From the NCBI GenBank assembly GCA_964560655.1, contig CAZLLR010000001.1, positions 36,202-100,201 of the forward strand: DNA of 64,000 bases, given 5' to 3'. This stretch comes from an uncultured Candidatus Saccharibacteria bacterium (GTDB taxonomy: Bacteria > Patescibacteriota > Minisyncoccia > GCA-002772825). Positions 1-8,706 of this stretch are shown in pieces. The notes beneath the pieces were generated by a model. That model did no database searches. It was given only the letters and a program-made list of their open reading frames with translations, and had not been told where the DNA came from. The position numbers and the translations under genes were made by a program. Every line of letters starts with the position of its first letter. Position 1 is the first letter of the stretch.

Positions 1-1
1 C

Positions 2-1114
2 GAGTTTGGCGTGCCCCTAACTATTATCGGAGCAAAGAGCGCTTTTAATAACATATTCAGATGGCTTTTAATCTTCTTTAAAGGGGTGAAGCTTATATTG
101 GTGAGGCATGATTATCCTGAAATACTTATTCTTGAGGTAGGAGTAGATCGCCCAAACGATATGGCAAAACTAAATTCATGGCTTAGGCTCGATATGGCTG
201 TTATTACCGGTTTTGGCAACATACCTGTGCATATAGAATTTTTCAAAAATGTAGATGAACTTATAAAAGAGAAGGTAAAATTGATCCGTAACTTCACTAC
301 AGAGAATTATGCGGTGCTAAACGGCGACGACCCTAAGTCACGCGAGCTTAAAGATAGGACCAAGGCCAACGTCATCACCTACGGTTTTGACGAAGATAAC
401 GACCTTGTCGCTTCAAACTACCATATACTTTATAAGAATAACGATGATTCAGGCATACCAGAAGGGATAACTTTCAAGATAGATTACGAAGGGAATATTA
501 TCCCTGTTCGTCTTTATAATATATTCGGTAAGCAAGCCGCTTATTCAGTACTTGCAGCACTTTCTATGGGGTTAGCATATCATCTAAACATTATAGAGAT
601 GTCAGAGTCACTAACTCGTTATCGTCCACCTGTGGCGCGACTCAACCTGATAAGTGGTGTGGGTAGAAGCTTTATCCTTGATGATACTTATAACTCTTCT
701 CCACTTGCTATGGAGATGGCGCTTGATACTCTGCGTGAGATAAAGACCAAGGGGAAAAAGATTGCCGTCTTAGGAGATATGTTAGAGCTTGGTAAGCATT
801 CTGCCGATGAACATAGGAGTATTGGCGAAAAGGTTGCTAACGTCGCTGATATATTAGTGACGTTAGGGATCAGGGCAAAGTTTATAGCTGAAGGAGCAAA
901 AGAAGCCGGCTTTAGAGAGAAAAATATCTATGAATTTGACGACCCTAGAGAAGCAGGAAAATTCCTGATAGATATTATAAGAGAAGGGGATTTGATACTA
1001 GTAAAAGGCTCTCAGTCTATAAGGGCGGAGAGAGTAGTGGAAGAGATAATGGCTCACCCAGAGAGCAAAGAAACCCTCCTTGCAAGACAAGAAAAAGAGT
1101 GGTTAAATAAGTGA
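2..1114 (+). CDS. murF: UDP-N-acetylmuramoyl-tripeptide--D-alanyl-D-alanine ligase MurF, C-terminal part (5' end outside window)
   Basis: ORF 11..1114 with no upstream stop, so truncated at the window edge. Mur ligase central and C-terminal motifs (DDTYNSSP, ILVKGSQS). TGA stop at 1112-1114. Confidence 0.8.
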   Translation, partial: EFGVPLTIIGAKSAFNNIFRWLLIFFKGVKLILVRHDYPEILILEVGVDRPNDMAKLNSWLRLDMAVITGFGNIPVHIEFFKNVDELIKEKVKLIRNFTTENYAVLNGDDPKSRELKDRTKANVITYGFDEDNDLVASNYHILYKNNDDSGIPEGITFKIDYEGNIIPVRLYNIFGKQAAYSVLAALSMGLAYHLNIIEMSESLTRYRPPVARLNLISGVGRSFILDDTYNSSPLAMEMALDTLREIKTKGKKIAVLGDMLELGKHSADEHRSIGEKVANVADILVTLGIRAKFIAEGAKEAGFREKNIYEFDDPREAGKFLIDIIREGDLILVKGSQSIRAERVVEEIMAHPESKETLLARQEKEWLNK

Positions 1115-1122
1115 GACAATAA

Positions 1123-1194
1123 GGCCCTATCGTCTAACGGCTAGGACACATCCCTCTCACGGATGAAATCGGAGTTCGATTCTCCGTAGGGTCA
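1123..1194 (+). tRNA. tRNA-Glu (anticodon CUC)
   Basis: 72 nt cloverleaf read by eye. Acceptor GGCCCTA/TAGGGTC, T-loop TTCGATT, anticodon stem CATCC/GGATG with loop CTCTCAC. Overall shape resembles bacterial tRNA-Glu. Confidence 0.7.
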
Positions 1195-1267
1195 TAACGA
1201 ACGAAGTAAGGTTGAACCTATAGCAAGCAATCTACACGAACAAGTAAGTGTATTTTATCATTTTCCT

Positions 1268-1307
1268 AAACGGCTCATTTTATATAATTATATAAAATGA
1301 GCCGTTT
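1268..1307. terminator. 40-nt perfect palindrome/hairpin AAACGGCTCATTTTATATAA|TTATATAAAATGAGCCGTTT
   Basis: Perfect inverted repeat directly downstream of tRNA-Glu. Shares the AACGGCTCA stem core with the hairpins at 7511, 29860 and 54441. Confidence 0.55.
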
Positions 1308-1310
1308 AAT

Positions 1311-1320
1311 TGTGTATAAT
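1311..1320 (+). promoter_or_regulatory. extended -10 box TGTGTATAAT
   Basis: TGnTATAAT about 25 nt upstream of the AGGAG SD and the ATG at 1345. The same AATTGTGTATAAT sequence recurs at 34025. Confidence 0.5.
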
Positions 1321-1344
1321 ACATATAAAGGAGATTAATTTATC

Positions 1345-1896
1345 ATGTCAGAGAAAAAGTTTTCATACACAATAAAGAAGAGTAAAAGAGCGAAAAGGAT
1401 GCGCCTCGCTGTGTATTGTGATGGGAGTGTGGTGGTGACAAGCCCAACGTGTGTAAGGCAGTCTGCTATAGATCAGTTTATAGCTGATAAGAAGAAGTGG
1501 GCGATAGGTAAGATCAATTTCTTTAGTAGTGTTGAGAGGAAGCCGGTCCGTGCCTTCTCTCGAGAAGACTATCTCAAGTACAAAGGCGAGACACTGAAGT
1601 TCGCAAAAGAGAGAGTAGAATTTTACAGTAGAGATCAAAGTTTTCCACTCAATAAAATCTGCATTAGAAATCAGAAGACACGCTGGGGCAGTTGCTCTAA
1701 GAGAGGAAATATTAATTTAAACTATAAGATATTCTTCCTTCCTGAGGCCCTGCGAGACTACATCATTGTCCATGAGTTGTGCCACTTGAAGGAGTTTAAC
1801 CACTCACAAAGCTTCTGGGCACTAGTAGGGGAGATAATCCCTAACTACATCAACATAAAGAAAGAGCTAAGAAAATACGAGTTGGCTTATAGATAA
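1345..1896 (+). CDS. YgjP-like (DUF45/SprT-like) zinc metallopeptidase
   Basis: HEXXH motif (IVHELCHLKEFNHSQSFW). Size and layout typical of the COG1451 family. SD AGGAG 9 nt upstream. Confidence 0.7.
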   Translation: MSEKKFSYTIKKSKRAKRMRLAVYCDGSVVVTSPTCVRQSAIDQFIADKKKWAIGKINFFSSVERKPVRAFSREDYLKYKGETLKFAKERVEFYSRDQSFPLNKICIRNQKTRWGSCSKRGNINLNYKIFFLPEALRDYIIVHELCHLKEFNHSQSFWALVGEIIPNYINIKKELRKYELAYR

Positions 1897-1911
1897 AAAT
1901 AAATATAAAAA

Positions 1912-1942
1912 ACCCGCTTTTATTGAAGAGTGAAAAGCGGGC
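1912..1942 (-). terminator. rho-independent terminator oriented for the minus strand
   Basis: Hairpin CCCGCTTTT...AAAAGCGGG. The T-run follows it only on the minus strand; on the plus strand it is preceded by an A-run. Confidence 0.5.
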
Positions 1943-2200
1943 TATTCGTCAAATGAGTCTATGTATTGTATAAAACTTTTTTCTCTTTTTTCTCCCACAT
2001 TTCACCTCCTTTCTATTTTAAGATTCTAAGCTAATTATATTATAATTATACTTTAATATAAAACCAACATATCAAGGTCGATCTTTTAGATGATAGTGGC
2101 GTAAAGGAACGTTATGAGGAATGTACATTTCTAAATAATTGTTGTATGATTTAAGTAGATAGCAATTAAATGTAATTTAATAATATAAAGGAGGTTCCAG

Positions 2201-2557
2201 ATGAAAGAGTCACTAGGGACACTTATGTCTTTTATAGACAATGCGTCAGTAGAGTCAATTATGATATTTATTGTAGTTATACTCTTTATACTGAACTTCT
2301 TTGATTGGAGGGCTTTTATCAAGAAGGCGGAATTTCTCTATAAGAGAGAGGTGGGATTTCCTACGGTAGCATGTTTACAATTAGGAAGTCTCTTTACTAT
2401 TATCATCCTTATGATAATAGGGATGTCTTACATAACTACTATTCTCTCTCTAATTTTAATGGGCCTATTTATTTTCCTGGAAAGGAAAAGGATTAATTTC
2501 TCTCAAAGTATAGATAGGCATCTCCATATGTCTGAAATCTCCAAAAATAATCCTTAA
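2201..2557 (+). CDS. small integral membrane protein (hypothetical)
   Basis: SD AAGGAGG 7 nt upstream. 2-3 predicted TM helices. Confidence 0.5.
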   Translation: MKESLGTLMSFIDNASVESIMIFIVVILFILNFFDWRAFIKKAEFLYKREVGFPTVACLQLGSLFTIIILMIIGMSYITTILSLILMGLFIFLERKRINFSQSIDRHLHMSEISKNNP

Positions 2558-2568
2558 AGGAGGGAGTG

Positions 2569-2685
2569 ATGGAAGCTTTGAAAAGCATGAAGGTGGGAAT
2601 AGAAGATTTTATATTTTCAACCCTCTTTTTACTTATGTGGATGATACTATCAATTCTTTTTAACAAAGAATTGGACCCTGAGTGA
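2569..2685 (+). CDS. 38-aa hydrophobic peptide (MEALKSMKVGIEDFIFSTLFLLMWMILSILFNKELDPE)
   Basis: Strong SD AGGAGGGAG before the ATG at 2569. Single TM segment. Not in the ORF track because it is under 60 aa. Followed by a terminator. Confidence 0.3.
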   Translation: MEALKSMKVGIEDFIFSTLFLLMWMILSILFNKELDPE

Positions 2686-2695
2686 AAGAGGCTTT

Positions 2696-2728
2696 ACCCG
2701 CGATGTGAATAACACCGCGGGATTTTTT
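2696..2728 (+). terminator. rho-independent terminator
   Basis: Hairpin CCCGCGATGTGAATAACACCGCGGG followed by TTTTTTT. Confidence 0.6.
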
Positions 2729-2746
2729 TATGTTATAATTACTCGT

Positions 2747-5467
2747 ATGAATAAAGGAAAAGAATGGCATTCTCTCAAAATTAAAGAAATCACAGAGGAA
2801 TTTAAGTCAGACATAAACAAGGGATTAAGGGAGAGTCAAGTCCTCCTCAATAGACGAAGCTTTGGGTCTAATACTTTAAAAACTCCAAAGAAATTTAGAT
2901 TTTTAAAACTTCTTTGGTCGCAAATTAAGAGCCCTTTGGCTCTTATTCTTATCGTTGCCGGTATCCTTGCAGCCATACTAGGAGAATTTGCTGATTCTTT
3001 TGTTATATTTGCCGCAGTACTTATAAACACTTCTATAGGTATTTTCCAAGAAGGAAAAGCGGGGAAGACGTTCTCTGAGTTGGCATCCTCGCAAAAAAGA
3101 TGGACCACTGTCTTAAGAGATGGAGGAAAGCGTGTAGTATCCTCAAGTGAGTTAGTCCCCGGAGATGTCGTCTTAGTAAAAGCAGGGGATATTATCCCAG
3201 CTGACTTAAGGATAATAGAATCAAAAAATTTTGAGTCTAATGAATCAGCTCTTACTGGTGAATGGGGGTCCGTGCAAAAAGAAGCGATTATCCTTGAAGA
3301 GAAAGTTCGCGTGACAGAAAGGAAGAATATGCTCTGGTCTGGTACTCTTGTAGCCTCCGGCTGGGGAAAGACCATAGTAGTGAGAACAGGTATGAAGACA
3401 GAGCTAGGCAAAATTGCCGGTATGGTAAATGAGGGCGAGATACAAACTCCTTTCCAGAAAAATATAACTAAGCTTGCAAGGATTCTAAGCGTCATAATTC
3501 TCTTCACTCTTGTAATCATCTTTACTATCGGCCTATGGAAAGGTGAACCCCTTACCGAAATGTTTCTTCTCTCAGTAGCGATAGCTGTCGCTGCTATTCC
3601 TGAAGGATTACCTATTGCGGTGACTGTCGTCTTGGCTTTAGGTATGGGGCGGATACTAAAGAAAGGCGGACTAGTGAAGCATTTGTCAGCGGCAGAAACA
3701 TTAGGAAGCGCAACTGTTATATTAACGGATAAGACAGGCACACTAACCCAAGCAAAGATGCAGGTTGCCGGCATTATAACCCTCTCTTCACTTTCTAACA
3801 TTAAAAATATTCTTTTTAAAAATACAGACCAGAAGCAAACTCTAGATATGGCAATGCTCTCTGGTGATGCCTTTATAGAGAACCCGAAAGCTGCTTTCCA
3901 GGAATGGCTAATTCGTGGAGAGGCGATGGATAAAGCAATCCTTCTGGCTCGTATAGAGTCTGGAGATTTCCCAGATACAACAAGTAATGACACAAGGCTC
4001 GATTTCGTACCATTTGACGCGAAAAATAGATTTTCTGCATCGATGAATAAGGTGAAGGGAGGAGAAAACCGTATATACTTAAAAGGATCTCCTGAGCTAG
4101 TACTTGATATCTCAAGTAAAATATATCATGATGGAAAAGTTTTAAAGATTACAAAAATCCAGAAAGATAAATTAGAGAAAGCTTACTCTGATAAGACAAA
4201 CGAGGGTATGCGACTTATCGCTGTTGCTTATAAAGATGGTAAATGGAAGGATTTTAGCGAGTCAGGCGAATTAATGAAAGAAGTGTCGAATTCCTCCCAA
4301 GAACAGAAAGGGGGGAGTAATGCAGGTTTTATCTTCATGGGTTTCATCGCCTTCCATGACCCGATAAGACTTGATGTAAAAGACTCTATAAAGCTAGCCA
4401 GAGAGGCGGGGATAAGGACGATAATGGTAACAGGTGACCACAAGGTGACAGCTGAGAAGATTGCCAAAGAAGCAGGTATCACAAAGACTGGTAAGACAAT
4501 AGAAGGCTTCGAAATAGACGACTTAGACGAGAAGGCTCTTATGAAACTTGTAAAAGAAGTGTCTGTATTCGCACGTGTGCTACCTCATCAAAAGCTTAAA
4601 ATAGCCCAAGCATTGCAGAAAAATGGTGAGGTTGTCGCTATGACAGGAGACGGCGTCAACGACGCGCCAGCTCTCTCTAACGCTGATATAGGGGTAGCAC
4701 TCGGCTCTGGCACAGAGATAGCTAAAGAAGCTTCAGACTTAGTGCTGCTTGATAACAATTTTAGTATCATCGTATCGGCGATAGAAGAAGGTAGGAGGAT
4801 TGTTGGCAACTTGAAGAAGATTGTTACTTATCTCCTATCAACTGGTTTTAGTGAGATAATACTTGTCGGTTTCTCTCTTTCTGTCGGGTTACCTCTGCCA
4901 GTACTTCCAGTCCAGATCTTATGGACAAATATCATAGAAGAAGGATTTATGAATTTTGCATTCGCTTTTGAACCGAAAGAGGATGGGCTTATGACTCGTC
5001 AAGCAAATAGTAAGACCGACAGTAATATACTTACTAAAGATATTAAGACACTTGTTCTCACTATATCTGTGATAACCTCTTCATTTCTTATCGGCTTATA
5101 CTTAATCTTATTATCCTTGAATCTTCCAATAGAAGAAGTAAGGACAATAATGTTTGCAGGACTATCTATAGATTCGATATTCTTCACTTTCTCTTTAAAG
5201 AATTTAAGTGCGCCTATCTGGCGAATAAACCTTCTCTCAAATAAATATTTGATCATCGCTTTTCTTGTAAGCATTTTTTCTCTTCTTATAGCCTTATTTT
5301 TACCTCCAATCCAGAAGCTCCTTTCTCTGACGTCACTCTCTATGTATGACTTACTTCTTGTAGTCGGTATAGGATTATTTAATCTTATCTCTATAGAGGC
5401 AGTAAAATACTTCATCTTTGAAAGACGAACTAAGACTAGACTTAAACGAAAAGTAGTATCTGTTTAA
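2747..5467 (+). CDS. cation-transporting P-type ATPase (type IIA, Ca2+-ATPase-like)
   Basis: Motifs TGES-like ESALTGEW, PEGLP, DKTGTLT and TGDGVNDAPAL, with about 10 TM segments. The ORF-track start at 2705 is a GTG inside the terminator hairpin, so the ATG at 2747 (MNKGKEWHSLK...) is preferred. Confidence 0.85.
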   Translation: MNKGKEWHSLKIKEITEEFKSDINKGLRESQVLLNRRSFGSNTLKTPKKFRFLKLLWSQIKSPLALILIVAGILAAILGEFADSFVIFAAVLINTSIGIFQEGKAGKTFSELASSQKRWTTVLRDGGKRVVSSSELVPGDVVLVKAGDIIPADLRIIESKNFESNESALTGEWGSVQKEAIILEEKVRVTERKNMLWSGTLVASGWGKTIVVRTGMKTELGKIAGMVNEGEIQTPFQKNITKLARILSVIILFTLVIIFTIGLWKGEPLTEMFLLSVAIAVAAIPEGLPIAVTVVLALGMGRILKKGGLVKHLSAAETLGSATVILTDKTGTLTQAKMQVAGIITLSSLSNIKNILFKNTDQKQTLDMAMLSGDAFIENPKAAFQEWLIRGEAMDKAILLARIESGDFPDTTSNDTRLDFVPFDAKNRFSASMNKVKGGENRIYLKGSPELVLDISSKIYHDGKVLKITKIQKDKLEKAYSDKTNEGMRLIAVAYKDGKWKDFSESGELMKEVSNSSQEQKGGSNAGFIFMGFIAFHDPIRLDVKDSIKLAREAGIRTIMVTGDHKVTAEKIAKEAGITKTGKTIEGFEIDDLDEKALMKLVKEVSVFARVLPHQKLKIAQALQKNGEVVAMTGDGVNDAPALSNADIGVALGSGTEIAKEASDLVLLDNNFSIIVSAIEEGRRIVGNLKKIVTYLLSTGFSEIILVGFSLSVGLPLPVLPVQILWTNIIEEGFMNFAFAFEPKEDGLMTRQANSKTDSNILTKDIKTLVLTISVITSSFLIGLYLILLSLNLPIEEVRTIMFAGLSIDSIFFTFSLKNLSAPIWRINLLSNKYLIIAFLVSIFSLLIALFLPPIQKLLSLTSLSMYDLLLVVGIGLFNLISIEAVKYFIFERRTKTRLKRKVVSV

Positions 5468-5487
5468 ATTTATGATAAAATCTTAAT

Positions 5488-6441
5488 ATGCCTATATATT
5501 TCTATCTATTAATTTTCATAATTTCTTTTTTAGTTATAGCTAAATCTAGCGCTCTTCTCGTACAATCACTGACTCACATGGCGCGCTTCTTTGGACTCTC
5601 GGAGTACTTCATAGCTTTTATCTTTATGAGCATCGCCACCTCTATGCCGGAGTTTTTTATAGGTATATCCTCTACTATCCAAAACACATCCTCTCTTTCT
5701 TTCGGCAATATACTTGGCGCTAATCTTATAAACCTCACTCTGGTTATAGGTGTAGTAGCTCTTCTCTCTAAGGGAATTACCGTCGAGAGTAAGATTTCTA
5801 AGAGGAATTTCCTCCTTATATTCTTTATCGCTTTTCTTCCTATCCTTCTTATCTCAGACGGTGTTATTTCAAGGGGAGACGGCATTATCCTACTTGTATC
5901 ATTTATCATATATTCTTTTATGTTGATAGGAGAGAGAGAATACTTTACTAAGATACTAAAAGAGGTTAATTTTAATGGTGAAAGTATCTTCAATGCAGTG
6001 AGAAACCTTTGGCGTTTCTTCTTAGGGGTGTCACTTCTTATTGGTGGTTCTTTTATTCTTGTATGGTCTGGCAAGACACTAGCAGGAGACTTAAATATAG
6101 GCCTCATCTATTTTGGGATAATATTTATTGCTTTAGGTACTGCACTTCCAGAGCTTATGTTTGGGATAAGAGCTTCTCTTATGAAGCATTCGTCGATGAC
6201 ACTCGGAAATTCATTAGGGAGTATAGCTTTCAACTCTACTTTCATACTTGGTATCATGGCAATTATAAGGCCTATCTATTTTACCCCTGAGATCAAATTT
6301 ATAATAACAGCCTTTTTTCTTTTCTCTGCTTTTCTACTTTTCAACTTCTTCGCATATTCACGTAGTACTATTTCAAGACGAGAGGGATTTATGCTAATAT
6401 TAGTTTATGTTGCCTTTCTGACAGCTCAGTATTTAGTCTAA
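5488..6441 (+). CDS. CaCA-family Na+/Ca2+ (or H+/Ca2+) antiporter (YrbG-like)
   Basis: Two alpha-repeat motifs, GNILGANLINLTLVIG and GNSLGSIAFNSTFILG. About 10 TM segments. Confidence 0.8.
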   Translation: MPIYFYLLIFIISFLVIAKSSALLVQSLTHMARFFGLSEYFIAFIFMSIATSMPEFFIGISSTIQNTSSLSFGNILGANLINLTLVIGVVALLSKGITVESKISKRNFLLIFFIAFLPILLISDGVISRGDGIILLVSFIIYSFMLIGEREYFTKILKEVNFNGESIFNAVRNLWRFFLGVSLLIGGSFILVWSGKTLAGDLNIGLIYFGIIFIALGTALPELMFGIRASLMKHSSMTLGNSLGSIAFNSTFILGIMAIIRPIYFTPEIKFIITAFFLFSAFLLFNFFAYSRSTISRREGFMLILVYVAFLTAQYLV

Positions 6442-6456
6442 ACTCATAATAATCCC

Positions 6457-7512
6457 ATGAACGTATTTCTTTTTATATTAATTTTTTTAATAGGTGGTAT
6501 TATCGTCGGCGGGATAGTCGCTTGGTTTATGTCGCAAAAAAAGAATGGTAGTAAAGATGAGGGCGGTATGCTCATGATGCAAGAACAACTTAAAGAGATC
6601 AGAAGCACCCTTGATGCCAAACTTAGCGAATCTGCGAAGAACACCTCAGAGACTATCCATAGGCAATTTGGGGAGAGTGCCAAGATAATCCGCGACGTAA
6701 CAGAGCGTCTTGTAAAGCTCGATGAGACGAACAAGCAAGTGGTAAATTTCGCCGACCAGCTAAAGAGCTTGCAGGATATACTCAAAAACCCTAAGCAAAG
6801 AGGTGTCCTTGGTGAGTATTACTTAGAAACTCTTTTGAAAAACGTCCTCCCTCCTGGAAACTACCAAATGCAATATGCTTTTAAGAATGGCGAGATAGTC
6901 GATGCGGTAGTTTTCGTGAAAGATAAGATTATCCCTATAGACTCTAAATTCTCACTAGAGAACTATAACCGTATGGTAGAGGCACGCGACCCTCTAGAGA
7001 AAGACCGTCTTGAGAAGGTGTTTACGGGCGACTTAAAGCTTCGTATCCAAGAGACTGGAAAATATATCCGACCGAATGAGGGCACTATGGAGTTCGCTTT
7101 TATGTTTATACCTCATGAAGCGATTTACTATGATCTATTAGTGAACAAGATAGGTATGGTGACGGATGATACAGAGAACCTTATCCAGCGAGCAGCTAGT
7201 AAATATAAAGTGATTATTGTGTCGCCGACCTCTTTCTTAGCATATCTCCAGACAGTGCTTCAGGGACTTAAGGCAATGCAGATAGAAGACACAGCGAAAG
7301 ACATTATCAAACGTGTAGGAGAACTTGGACAACACCTCTCAAAATATGATAAATATATGGGGAAACTTGGTAATTCACTTTCTACAAGTGTAAATGCCTA
7401 CAATACTGCCCATAAAGAACTCAATAAGGTAGACAAGGATATCTTCCGTATCTCTGGTGATACAGTGGGGATAGACGCAATAGTGATTGATAAGCCCGAT
7501 ATGGATGAATAG
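6457..7512 (+). CDS. rmuC: DNA recombination protein RmuC
   Basis: N-terminal TM followed by coiled coil, and a conserved RmuC C-terminal domain. Confidence 0.75.
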   Translation: MNVFLFILIFLIGGIIVGGIVAWFMSQKKNGSKDEGGMLMMQEQLKEIRSTLDAKLSESAKNTSETIHRQFGESAKIIRDVTERLVKLDETNKQVVNFADQLKSLQDILKNPKQRGVLGEYYLETLLKNVLPPGNYQMQYAFKNGEIVDAVVFVKDKIIPIDSKFSLENYNRMVEARDPLEKDRLEKVFTGDLKLRIQETGKYIRPNEGTMEFAFMFIPHEAIYYDLLVNKIGMVTDDTENLIQRAASKYKVIIVSPTSFLAYLQTVLQGLKAMQIEDTAKDIIKRVGELGQHLSKYDKYMGKLGNSLSTSVNAYNTAHKELNKVDKDIFRISGDTVGIDAIVIDKPDMDE

Positions 7513-7550
7513 CCCAACGGCTAATATCTTTTTATCTTAGCCGTTGGGCT
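7511..7550 (+). terminator. hairpin AGCCCAACGGCTAA...TTAGCCGTTGGGCT
   Basis: 14-bp perfect stem directly after the rmuC stop codon. AACGGCT stem core. Confidence 0.6.
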
Positions 7551-7620
7551 ATTATATATCGCCGTCCGACACTCATATATTTAATACAAGAGCGTTTGTT
7601 CCGTCTTTAGCGAGTGTGGG

Positions 7621-7647
7621 GTTGCTTTTTTTATCAGATTGTATAAT
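7621..7647 (+). promoter_or_regulatory. rplU promoter (TTGCTT ... extended -10 TGTATAAT)
   Basis: TGnTATAAT at 7640-7647, 12 nt upstream of the ATG. No SD is present, so the mRNA may be leaderless or have a very short leader. Confidence 0.45.
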
Positions 7648-7659
7648 ATATAGACTAAT

Positions 7660-7974
7660 ATGAAATTCGCTGTGATAAAAACAGGAGGAAAACAATACCT
7701 TGTTGAGGCAGGTACTGTTTTAAAAGTAGAGAAGTTGCCTGAACTTGAAGAGGGGACTAAGGTTATCTTTGACGAGGTTCTTATGATGGGCGACGACAAA
7801 GACATCACTATCGGTACTCCCTTCATAGAGAAAGCATCTATAGAAGCAACTCACGAAGGAAACGGAAGAAATAAGAAAGTTGTAGTAATAAGATATAAAT
7901 CAAAAACTCGCCAAATGAAGAAAAAAGGGCACAAACAACACTATACTAAAGTCAAAATTGGAGAAATCAAATAA
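7660..7974 (+). CDS. rplU: 50S ribosomal protein L21
   Basis: MKFAVIKTGGKQYLVEAGTVLKVEKL is the conserved bL21 N-terminus. Confidence 0.85.
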   Translation: MKFAVIKTGGKQYLVEAGTVLKVEKLPELEEGTKVIFDEVLMMGDDKDITIGTPFIEKASIEATHEGNGRNKKVVVIRYKSKTRQMKKKGHKQHYTKVKIGEIK

Positions 7975-7991
7975 ATATTTAAACTATTATT

Positions 7992-8027
7992 AAAAAACAC
8001 CTCGGTTCAATACCGAGGTGTTTTTTA
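7992..8027 (+). terminator. rho-independent terminator (CACCTCGG / CCGAGGTG + TTTTTT)
   Basis: 8-bp GC-containing stem and T-run after rplU. An A-run precedes it, so it could act in both directions. Confidence 0.65.
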
Positions 8028-8044
8028 ATATCGTAAACTATCAA

Positions 8045-8080
8045 AAAGGGGGCTTTTTGATAGTTTACCCCCTGTTTTTA
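8045..8080. terminator. bidirectional terminator GGGGG...CCCCC with T-runs on both strands
   Basis: GGGGGCTTTTTGATAGTTTACCCCCTGTTTTT. Overlaps the recR stop codon (minus strand). Confidence 0.5.
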
Positions 8081-8700
8081 AGAGCGCTCGAAAGGGTACT
8101 TGAGTCAGAGTATTCGAGCTCAGTGCCAGTGGAGAGACCTCTACCGAGGACACTTATCTTGAGTTTAAAGTTAGAAGCGAGTGGTTCGAGTATCTTCTTA
8201 AGGTATTGAACAGTGTTCTCTCCTTCAAGAGTAGCACTAGTAGCTATTATGACTTCACTCAAGTTTGAACCTTTAGAAAGCTTAGCTTTTTTCTGTACAA
8301 GATTAAACAGCTCTTTAGCGCGTATTCTGGCGGTCGGTTCTGTCTCAGAAAGAGGTATCACCCCACCAAGTATAAAGTAGAGTCCATTGTATATATGAGA
8401 CCTCTCTATATTTTCAAAGTCGACATCCTTCTCCACTACAAGAAGAATAGACCCGTCTCTTGATTGGTCTCTACAGATATTACACATACTCTCTCCTCCC
8501 TCCTTTAACTCAAAAAAACGAAAGCATTCGGGGCAACGCCTCACACTTTCCCTTAATTTTATGAGTAGAGAGGAGAGTTCTTTGACAAACCTTTCATCAG
8601 TAGCAGATAAAAAATAAGCAAATCTTCGAGCTTGCTTAGGGCCTATACCCGGAAATTTAAGAAAATATTCCGCTACTTTTTCTAATATATTATGAGGCAT
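8065..8700 (-). CDS. recR: recombination protein RecR
   Basis: HhH motif (FPGIGPKQARRFAYFL), C4 zinc finger CPECFRFF...CNIC, and a Toprim domain. Confidence 0.9.
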   Translation of the reverse strand: MPHNILEKVAEYFLKFPGIGPKQARRFAYFLSATDERFVKELSSLLIKLRESVRRCPECFRFFELKEGGESMCNICRDQSRDGSILLVVEKDVDFENIERSHIYNGLYFILGGVIPLSETEPTARIRAKELFNLVQKKAKLSKGSNLSEVIIATSATLEGENTVQYLKKILEPLASNFKLKISVLGRGLSTGTELEYSDSSTLSSALKNRG

Positions 8701-8706
8701 TATTTT

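Noticed and set aside
2836-3993. 385-aa minus-strand ORF antisense to the P-type ATPase
   Set aside because: Fully embedded antisense in a well-supported conserved gene, with low-complexity Ser/Ile-rich translation. Treated as spurious, as were the other antisense ORFs inside rpoB, rpoC, dnaG, cysS and typA.
8018-8209. 63-aa plus-strand ORF overlapping the recR 3' end
   Set aside because: Sits across the bidirectional terminator and the recR stop. No SD.
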